34,165 nucleotides of DNA from Thermodesulfovibrionales bacterium (lineage in GTDB: Bacteria; Nitrospirota; Thermodesulfovibrionia; Thermodesulfovibrionales; UBA6898), in the NCBI GenBank assembly GCA_044450345.1, contig JBIOIY010000035.1:1-34165 (forward strand), written 5' to 3'. The translations under genes were made by a program, and so were the position numbers. The notes below the pieces were generated by a model. That model was not told where the DNA came from and did no database searches. It saw only the letters and a program-made list of their open reading frames with translations. Numbering within the stretch: the stretch's first letter is position 1; each line of letters opens with the position of its first letter. Shown here piece after piece: positions 27,098 to 34,165 of the stretch.

Positions 27098-28965
27098 TTC
27101 GTGTCCCCCTTCTTTGTTTCTCCTTCAGCCGCCGTTCCGACGAGTTCGGAAGGGTCTCCTTCAAACTCGGCTGGCAGGATCTTTATCGACTTGAATTTGC
27201 AGGCCTCGTAACAGGTCCTGCAGTGAAGGCAGACCTCCTGGATGATCTTGTGAGGCTGTTTCTTTTCTCCCATGATCGCTTTCGAAGGGCACGCCCTCAG
27301 GCAGGCTCCGCACCCTTTGCATAGTTTTTCGTCTATCATGAAGGTGATCAGGTTGCGGCAGACCCCTGCCTTGCACCATTTGTCTTTTATGTGCGATTCG
27401 TATTCATCCCTGAAGTATTTGATAGTTGTCAACACCGGGTTTGGGGCGGTCTGTCCGAGCCCGCAGAGTGAGGTGGCTATGATGTCCCTGCCGAGATCGA
27501 GAAGCGTTTCTATGTCGGACTCTTTGCCTTTGCCTTCCGTGATGTCGGTGAGCATGTCCAGGAGTATCTTTGTGCCGACCCTGCAGGGCGTGCACTTTCC
27601 GCATGATTCATCCGCGGTAAATTCCAGGAAGAACTTTGCGGTGCCGACCATGCAGGTGTTGTCGTCCATGACGACCATTCCGCCTGAACCCACGATCGCC
27701 CCTGTTGCGACGATATCTTCATACGTAACAGGCGTGTCGAGTAGATGCTCCGGGATGCAGCCGCCTGAGGGACCTCCGAGCTGGACGGCCTTGAATTTTC
27801 TCCCTTTCCTTATGCCGCCGCCTATGTCATAGATTATTGTCCTTAGCGGTATTCCCATAGGGACCTCGACGAGCCCGACGTTGTTTACTGCGCCTGTGAG
27901 AGCAAAGACCTTTGTGCCCGCGCTCTTTTCGGTGCCGAGGCTCCTGTACCAGGCCGAGCCTTGAAGGATGATAGGGGAGATCTGCGCCAGCGTCTCCACA
28001 TTGTTAAGCACAGAGGGTTTGTCCCATAGCCCCTTTACCGCGGGGAAGGGCGGCCTCGGTCTCGGCATGCCGCGCTTTCCCTCGAGAGAACGCATAAGCG
28101 CCGTCTCCTCGCCGCAGACAAAGGCCCCTGCGCCGAGATATATTTCGAGGTCGAAATCAAACCCCGTATCCAGTATGTTCTCCCCGAGCAGTCCTGCCTC
28201 GGTGGCCTGGTCTATCGCCAGTTGCAGGCGCTTGACAGCCAGAGGATATTCCGCCCTGACATATATATAGCCGTGATGCGCGCCTATCGCCTTGGCGCCT
28301 ATGATCATGCCCTCGATTACCGAATGGGGGTCGGCCTCCATGACCGACCTGTCCATGAACGCCCCGGGGTCCCCCTCGTCTCCGTTACAGAGCATGTATT
28401 TGACGTCCGACTTGACCTTCGATGCGAACTCCCATTTAAGGCCGGTTGGGAAGCCGGCGCCGCCTCTTCCCCTCAACCCGGAGTCCTTCATGACCTTCAC
28501 GATATCTTCAGGGGTCATCTGCGTAAGGGCCTTCGCGACCGCCTGGTATCCGTCCCTGGATATGTATTCTTCGATCTTTTCAGGGTCTATGAGTCCTTTG
28601 TTTCTCAACACCCTCAGGACCTGGTGCTTGAAGAATGGGATGTCTCTCATCCTCGGAATCGCGGTCTTCTTCTCGGGCTCCTTGAACATCAGCTTCTCGT
28701 AGGGCCTGCCCTTCAGAAAATGTTCCTCGACCAGCAGAGGAACATCTTCGACCGTTATCTTCTGGTAAAAGACCTCCTCAGGATAGACCGCCATCACAGG
28801 ACCTTCAGCGCAATAGCCGTTGCAGCCGGTCAGGACGAGCCGTATTTCTTCGTCGAGGCCTCTTTTTTTCAGCTCCTGCTGGATCGCATCCTTGACATTG
28901 GCGGTGCCGCTGGCAACACAACCAGTGCCTGCACATAACATTAAGTTTGCACGAACCTTGTCCAT
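27094..28965 (-). CDS. HydB/HndC/NuoF-like FMN- and NAD(P)H-binding subunit, long form
   Basis: N-terminal CAGTGC...TGCNGYC, GLRGRGGAGFPTG, NGDEGDPGAFMDR, GAGAFVCGEE, GGPSGGC, SCGKCTPCR...LC, H...C...C, and two C-terminal CxxCxxCxxxC motifs. Confidence 0.95.
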   Translation of the reverse strand: MDKVRANLMLCAGTGCVASGTANVKDAIQQELKKRGLDEEIRLVLTGCNGYCAEGPVMAVYPEEVFYQKITVEDVPLLVEEHFLKGRPYEKLMFKEPEKKTAIPRMRDIPFFKHQVLRVLRNKGLIDPEKIEEYISRDGYQAVAKALTQMTPEDIVKVMKDSGLRGRGGAGFPTGLKWEFASKVKSDVKYMLCNGDEGDPGAFMDRSVMEADPHSVIEGMIIGAKAIGAHHGYIYVRAEYPLAVKRLQLAIDQATEAGLLGENILDTGFDFDLEIYLGAGAFVCGEETALMRSLEGKRGMPRPRPPFPAVKGLWDKPSVLNNVETLAQISPIILQGSAWYRSLGTEKSAGTKVFALTGAVNNVGLVEVPMGIPLRTIIYDIGGGIRKGRKFKAVQLGGPSGGCIPEHLLDTPVTYEDIVATGAIVGSGGMVVMDDNTCMVGTAKFFLEFTADESCGKCTPCRVGTKILLDMLTDITEGKGKESDIETLLDLGRDIIATSLCGLGQTAPNPVLTTIKYFRDEYESHIKDKWCKAGVCRNLITFMIDEKLCKGCGACLRACPSKAIMGEKKQPHKIIQEVCLHCRTCYEACKFKSIKILPAEFEGDPSELVGTAAEGETKKGDTK

Positions 28966-29000
28966 CTATGTCCTCCGTTTTTTCGGTTTGATTATCGCTT

Positions 29001-29384
29001 TTAGTACGTTGATTCGCATCCCGCCACCAGAGCGTACTTTTCTATCGGATTTCCGCCCACGATGTGTTCCCTGAAAATCTCCCTGATCTTTTCGTCGGTA
29101 AGGTCGCAGTATTTTACCGGCGGGTGGTTCATTACCTCGACCGTCGCAAGGGGTTCTCTCGCGCAGAGTCCCGCGCAGCCCGAGGTGGTCACAATTACGT
29201 CAGTCAGATCCGCCTTCGTTATCTCATCTAAAAGTGCGGTCATCACCGCCCTCGCGCCTGCGGCGATTCCGCAGGTGCCCATATGGATGGTCACCTTCGC
29301 CCTGTAGCCGCCTTCGCGGAGGGTGAAGTCGGCACGATGCTTTTCCTTGATCTTCTTCAGGTCATCTATAGTCAATCTCGCCAT
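29001..29384 (-). CDS. HndB/HydD-like thioredoxin-fold [2Fe-2S] ferredoxin
   Basis: HMGTCGIAAGAR, SGCAGLCAREP, HIVGG. Confidence 0.9.
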   Translation of the reverse strand: MARLTIDDLKKIKEKHRADFTLREGGYRAKVTIHMGTCGIAAGARAVMTALLDEITKADLTDVIVTTSGCAGLCAREPLATVEVMNHPPVKYCDLTDEKIREIFREHIVGGNPIEKYALVAGCESTY

Positions 29385-29385
29385 G

Positions 29386-30312
29386 TTAAGCCTCCTTTTC
29401 GGCCATCTCTTCCGCCTCTTCAGCGGAAGCCGACTCTAAAATAGCCGGATCGAACTGACTGATTTTTTCGAGCGCCTTTTTCGGTGTCATTGCGCCGTAG
29501 GTATCCTGGTCTATTACCATGACCGGGGCTAGGCCGCATGCGCCGAGGCACCTCACCGCCTCGATAGAGAACCTCCTGTCCTCGGTGGTTTCTCCAACGT
29601 CTATCTTCAGCGTATCCTGGATCTTCTTCAGGACCCTCTCGATGCCTTTTACATAACAGGCGGTCCCGAGACAGACCCTGATGTTGTGGTCTCCTCTCGG
29701 CTTCATCGTGAAGAACGAGTAGAAGGAGACAACACTGTGCACCTCTGCTTCGGGAATGTTCAACCCTTTCGCTATCCTCTTCTGGACCATCGGGGGAAGA
29801 TACCCCACGATCTCCTGCGCGCGCTGGAGGACCGGTATCAGGGATCCCGGCTTTTTCTTCAATTGGGCGATTACTCTGTCCAGTTCCGCTGCCATGGCAG
29901 GCGGGAATTCTTCGGTCTTCTTCGCCTCCTCGGGTTTCCTGCCCCTTGTCCATTCAACCGCCCTCTCGGTAACGTCAAGCAATACCGAAGGAGTGAACGG
30001 TTTTGGCACATAGTCTATGATGCCCAGCTCTAGTGCCTCTTTTATGGTGTCCTGCGAGGGATATCCTGTTATGATGACGATCCCGATAGAAGGCTTCATC
30101 TTTTTTATCCACCTGATGAGGGTGATGCCGTCCACCTCCGGCATCTTCAGGTCGGTGAAGACGAGGTCGTAATCGTTTTGACCTATTTTCATGATCGCTT
30201 CTCTTCCACCGAGCGCCCCTTCAACACTATACCCTTCACTCCTGAGCACCCTTTCGGCGCTTTTGATGACAACAAGCTCGTCGTCGACGATCAAAATGTT
30301 GGGTTCAGCCAT
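29386..30312 (-). CDS. Receiver domain fused to a HydC/HndA/NuoE [2Fe-2S] subunit
   Basis: ILIVDDE...FTDLKMP...IITG...PKPF, followed by LIPVLQRAQ, SFYSFF, VCLGTAC, RCLGACGLAP. Confidence 0.92.
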   Translation of the reverse strand: MAEPNILIVDDELVVIKSAERVLRSEGYSVEGALGGREAIMKIGQNDYDLVFTDLKMPEVDGITLIRWIKKMKPSIGIVIITGYPSQDTIKEALELGIIDYVPKPFTPSVLLDVTERAVEWTRGRKPEEAKKTEEFPPAMAAELDRVIAQLKKKPGSLIPVLQRAQEIVGYLPPMVQKRIAKGLNIPEAEVHSVVSFYSFFTMKPRGDHNIRVCLGTACYVKGIERVLKKIQDTLKIDVGETTEDRRFSIEAVRCLGACGLAPVMVIDQDTYGAMTPKKALEKISQFDPAILESASAEEAEEMAEKEA

Positions 30313-30344
30313 AAAATCCTCCTCACCGTGTATACCGTGTATGG

Positions 30345-31112
30345 TTAAATTTTTAAAGCCTCGATGCGCGCAAGCCAGAGGAGCCAGCCCTCGCAGAGGT
30401 TGTCCCGCACCAGGGCGCTCATTGCAGCATTTGCCTGATGGTTGAGTTCGACTATCTTTCCGGTCATCGGAGATACGAGGTCCTCCGTCTGTCCTCCGCC
30501 GGAGAGTATCTTTGCGAAGGGCTCGCCTGCAGCCACTACCTTGAGGGTGTCCGGCAGGTCTATATACATCAACTGCCCGCTAAGGAGCCAGTATCTCACG
30601 TCGCAGCCGATCTCCCACAGCCCGTTCTTCGCAGGTCTCGCCCAGGTCCCCTCTTTATAAAAGATGACCGGGTTTTCCGTGTCCCTGAGGGACACTATCT
30701 CGTTTCTGAACTCGTCGATAAAGGCCTTCCGGAGTATCCAGCCCTTGTTGTCGAAGACCTTTTTCGCAACGTTCATCATAAACTCGGGGGTGAAGGGCTT
30801 TTCTATGAATTCGAAGGCCCCGAGTTTTACGGATTCCTTTGCGTCTTCGAGGGTGGGATACCCGGTGATGATCACCACGTCGAGCTTGGGCTGGACTAAC
30901 TTCGCCTCCCGAAGCACGGTGATGCCATTGATGTCCGGGAGCCGGATATCGGATATCAGGAGGTCAAATTCCTCGTTGGAGACCCTCTTTATCGCATCTT
31001 CCCCCCTGTCAGTGGTAATAATGGTGTACCCTTCAGCACCGAGGATCCTTTTGCAACTCAGCGTTACAACAGGGTCGTCATCTAGTACCAATATCTTCCC
31101 CTTGTTTTCCAT
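30345..31112 (-). CDS. Receiver domain fused to a GcvH-like domain lacking the lipoyl lysine
   Basis: Start MENKG after AAAGGAGG. LDDD...SDIRLP...ITG...EKPF, then YKEGTWAR...IG...YIDLP...GEPF...SPMTGKIVELN...EGWL. Confidence 0.8.
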   Translation of the reverse strand: MENKGKILVLDDDPVVTLSCKRILGAEGYTIITTDRGEDAIKRVSNEEFDLLISDIRLPDINGITVLREAKLVQPKLDVVIITGYPTLEDAKESVKLGAFEFIEKPFTPEFMMNVAKKVFDNKGWILRKAFIDEFRNEIVSLRDTENPVIFYKEGTWARPAKNGLWEIGCDVRYWLLSGQLMYIDLPDTLKVVAAGEPFAKILSGGGQTEDLVSPMTGKIVELNHQANAAMSALVRDNLCEGWLLWLARIEALKI

Positions 31113-31338
31113 AGACCGACCTCCTTTGTTAGGTTCGTGGCTACAACAGCAATAAGGATACCATTTTTTGAAATACTTTAAAATCAAAAAGATATGTGAC
31201 GGCGTGGGCGTCTGTCACCTGCCTTAGGCGGGCGACTGTATAGATAAAAAATACACCTGCGGCCGCAATAAAAGCCGATCGCCTACGGATGTAACGATTC
31301 AGCGGTGTATATTTTTTTTATATAGGAGAGAAGGCAGA

Positions 31339-31449
31339 CTATAACGATGCCGTCAGAAAGTCCCAGCAGCAAGACCCCAATATTACGGAGATGTTCATCC
31401 TGCGGTTGGGCTCCTCATCGTCTACGATAAGTACCTTTTCCTTACGCAT
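31339..31449 (-). pseudogene. N-terminal fragment of a response regulator
   Basis: Manual translation MRKEKVLIVDDEEPNRR..., stopping after 36 aa; purine-rich RBS upstream. Confidence 0.55.
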
Positions 31450-31475
31450 CCAGCGTCTCTCTCCCCTTGCGTAAG

Positions 31476-31559
31476 AGCGCGTTCGACAACACAGGCTTTG
31501 AGATAAATTCCATATCCGTCTTGAAAAAGCCCTTTGCTCTCGATGATGTCATTGGCATG
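31476..31559 (+). pseudogene. C-terminal fragment of a receiver domain
   Basis: Manual translation SAFDNTGFEINSISVLKKPFALDDVIGM, resembling the beta4 to KPF-alpha5 segment. Confidence 0.4.
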
Positions 31560-31618
31560 TCCGATCATAATAATCGCTTTAATATCGCTTTGATTTCTTT
31601 AATGTCCTCATAGGTCTA

Positions 31619-32872
31619 TCAGCCGCGCTTCTCGTCATCAAGGGGCGTCTCCGGGGGCACAGGAGGGTCGACTCCTTCCTTTTTTCGATCGTCTGACATT
31701 TCTACGGCAATGGCCGCAGCCTGCTCGGCCGGCATGCCTTCCGTGCGGCGCTCATACTCCTGCTCGCCTCGGTCGTCCCTCTTTCGCAGTTCCGCATCCT
31801 CACTGAGTTCTATCTCGCCTGGCAGCTCCACGCGCAGCTCCTCGATGAGCATCAGTATCGCCGCTGCGACCGGGAGTGCAAGAAGCGCCCCCACGATTCC
31901 CAGCAGCGTTGCGCCTGTGATGAGCGAAAAAAGTACGACAGAGGACGGGAGGCGCAACGCGCGACCATAGACGACGGGTACGAGCACGCGGCTTTCGAAC
32001 TCCTCATAGCCGAGCATCAGCACGAGAACGATCACGGTGACGGTCGGGCCGCGGGCCAGCGCCGCTACGACCGCGGGGCCTATCGTGAGGAAAATGCCGA
32101 TATACGGCAGCACGTCCGCAACGCCGCCGAACACGGCGATCGCCAATGCGTTCGGCACGCCGCACATTATCAGAAGAATGAACGTAAAGACAGCCATGAG
32201 CGCGCACGTTATGAGCTGTCCGCGGATATATCCGCCGACGATCGTCTCCAGGTTCATCATGACGCGGGAAAGACGGATGTGGTGCGAGCGGGGCACGATT
32301 GCGAAGAGTCCTCCGCGCAGGCGGTCCCGGTCGATCATCATATAAAGCGCCAGGAAGATGGCGCCCATGCTGTACGCGAAGACCTCAAGAACACGTGTCG
32401 AAAATGCGAATGCCAGCGCAGCGGCGGATTTCATCAGCGTATAGTATTGCATGGTGCGCAGGGACTCCGCGAAGGGGGCTGTCAGAGGATAACCGGCGAG
32501 ACGGGCCACGAGACGCGCCCGCAGCACAGGCTCCTGATCGATGAGGCTCGTCACCTGGGCCAGAAGCTCCGGGATCGTCAGGGTGACGACGAGAACGGTG
32601 ATGACCAGGAGTGTTGTGAAAACGATCGCAATGCTCAATCCCCTTCGCAGACGGCGCGCTTCGAGCCACTCGACCGCCGGGTTCAGCGTACCGATGATAA
32701 TGAGAGCCATGACGAGCACGAGAACGACCGGCAGGAGCCGGATCATTACCCACAATCCGGCGACAACGAGCACTATGGTGATCATTGTCGAGAACGAGAG
32801 CTCAAAGCGCACTACCCCCGCTGGGGCGGGACCATCTTTCGGCCGCGGCTCGTCTGATTTAGGGAGAGGCAT
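31619..32872 (-). CDS. AI-2E (PerM/TqsA) family transporter
   Basis: Multiple TM segments, GGYIRGQL, LPYIG, LVPVVYGRAL, GIVGALLALPVAA. Visibly more GC-rich than its flanks. Confidence 0.92.
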   Translation of the reverse strand: MPLPKSDEPRPKDGPAPAGVVRFELSFSTMITIVLVVAGLWVMIRLLPVVLVLVMALIIIGTLNPAVEWLEARRLRRGLSIAIVFTTLLVITVLVVTLTIPELLAQVTSLIDQEPVLRARLVARLAGYPLTAPFAESLRTMQYYTLMKSAAALAFAFSTRVLEVFAYSMGAIFLALYMMIDRDRLRGGLFAIVPRSHHIRLSRVMMNLETIVGGYIRGQLITCALMAVFTFILLIMCGVPNALAIAVFGGVADVLPYIGIFLTIGPAVVAALARGPTVTVIVLVLMLGYEEFESRVLVPVVYGRALRLPSSVVLFSLITGATLLGIVGALLALPVAAAILMLIEELRVELPGEIELSEDAELRKRDDRGEQEYERRTEGMPAEQAAAIAVEMSDDRKKEGVDPPVPPETPLDDEKRG

Positions 32873-33443
32873 CGTGGCGACACCTTTCCGGCGCCTGCGA
32901 CTCGTGTATACTTGGGGGCGGATAGATAAAACCTTGGGCTAGCTTATATGACAACCTATTTCCAGTCGATGGGTGAGGCGGACCGATTTGTTCAGGCAAG
33001 TACTTATTATATAATCTTGACAACATCACCGTAATGAAATACTATCAACAAAAGTGATGAGTGTCAAAATGTAGATGAATAAGACGCATCCATGATGCAT
33101 TCTTGAAGAAAGTGTGTATTAGAAGAGGAACCAGTTACTCCAAAACATACTGGAGTGAAAGGCTCTTCCCAGCCGCACACTCCCCTTATAAAAATCACAT
33201 TTCTAAACGCGCGCAGTTTCCAAACACTTAACTCTATAATCCCAAGTGTACTACTCACGCATGGCAGATTTTCAGCGGCGTTTGTTTCAGGAAGAATATC
33301 TCACAGTTCCTGCTAAAAAGTACCACCATCGACGGTCTCCCAAGGTGGCAGGAATAATTCGGCATATGCGATCAGCAAGGCTGATTAACACTCAAAGATA
33401 GCCGCTACTAATAAATATTTCCTTCTTCACAACATCCTCCCTT

Positions 33444-33821
33444 TCAATCACCGGTTATTTTTTTCACATCCATCTCCACGCTGAGGTCTTTTAGTTTCCT
33501 GTCTTGGCAGGCTGCCGACCTCCATATAGTCACTTGATAGGATCCGCCTTCATTCACGTCGAAGGACTCGCCATAACCTTTTTTCGCATTGCTGCCTTCG
33601 CAAGTTATGATGGGCTTCCAGTCCACATGCACCTTATACCCGTTATTATTGATGAACTCGACGAAGGCAACTATCAGGTTGTTGGGGCCTAACGGGTCGT
33701 ATTTCACCGTGACTTTGACGCCTCCCTGAGCGTCAGGCTGTCCAGAATCCTCTGCCATAGCAGCGGATATTACAAGTAACGATACACACAATATACCGAT
33801 AAGGCAACATAACTTCTTCAC
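33444..33821 (-). CDS. Hypothetical secreted protein
   Basis: GTG start after AAAGGAGG, signal peptide ending AMA/ED, beta-rich mature domain with two Cys. Confidence 0.75.
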   Translation of the reverse strand: MKKLCCLIGILCVSLLVISAAMAEDSGQPDAQGGVKVTVKYDPLGPNNLIVAFVEFINNNGYKVHVDWKPIITCEGSNAKKGYGESFDVNEGGSYQVTIWRSAACQDRKLKDLSVEMDVKKITGD

Positions 33822-34165
33822 ACAATCCTCCTTTTTAAAAACAGTTTTTTTGGTTTGCAAAACGTAAATGCATTCTCCTATGCACGGCACCGATAGTTTT
33901 ACTCCCAGTGATTAAGCGGGCAGATCCAGATACTATTGATTACCGATACTCCTCACAATATAGCATGCCCATAAGGTGCGTGCTACAGGAAGACATCGCG
34001 AGGACTGAGAGTCGGTTAGATCAAATGCGCTACCTTACAAATTTCGCCCCGTACGTGCGCCACGAGGCTGCGCAAGAGATGAGGGTAGGCCCCTCGGAGT
34101 CGGTTTGCAGGAACAGGCTCCAAACCACCTTAAGCTGCATCTGTTAAGAGCAGGTGTGGTGAGCG

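Noticed and set aside
24629..30312. Ordinary complex I nuoEFG genes
   Set aside because: No other nuo genes are adjacent, the flavoprotein is the long HydB type, and an HndB-like ferredoxin is present. Docking to a complex I elsewhere remains possible.
30345..31112. Glycine cleavage system H protein (gcvH)
   Set aside because: The lipoyl-Lys motif is absent, the domain is fused to a receiver, and no gcvT/gcvP or lipoate ligase genes are nearby.
33900..34165. 79-aa ORF 33908-34147, or a sigma54 promoter near 33960
   Set aside because: The ORF has no RBS or motifs, and the GG-N10-GC spacing is not met. Only a weak inverted repeat (33961-33985) is visible.

Overview
Bacterial chromosomal window, mostly minus-strand genes, from an anaerobe or microaerobe. 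The gene content resembles Nitrospirota (Thermodesulfovibrionia) or Desulfobacterota, but that assignment is inference only. Left to right: (1) the end of an IS256-family element followed by an AT-rich patch with a DUF3775-like gene and gene debris; (2) a PilZ gene and a DUF2845-like gene; (3) a copper-handling region: SCO, a cytochrome c/solute-binding fusion, a small CxxC...RPP upstream ORF, a NosL/Met-rich beta-barrel fusion, an N-terminal-His membrane protein, copC and copD; (4) a complete IS1202-like element with a 15-bp target duplication, inserted against the SCO promoter; (5) core genes: RACo/ASKHA activator, panC, osmC, USP, PilZ, ispG, mltG, CIRCE-groES-groEL, a Zn-ribbon pseudo-receiver protein and a rhomboid protease; (6) a 10-gene operon for a HydABC/HndABCD-like flavin/Fe-S complex; (7) an AI-2E transporter and a small secreted protein. 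In the 10-gene operon the HydC/NuoE subunit is fused to a receiver domain and the first gene is a receiver fused to a non-lipoylatable GcvH-like domain. The large subunit is a NuoG/FdhA-like protein with neither an H-cluster nor a Mo ligand, and a DRTGG/RsbT-like kinase/PHP/HATPase module follows. This phospho-regulated redox complex and the uORF-headed copper module are the two best candidates for undescribed systems. All family assignments come from motif recognition by eye, not from database searches.
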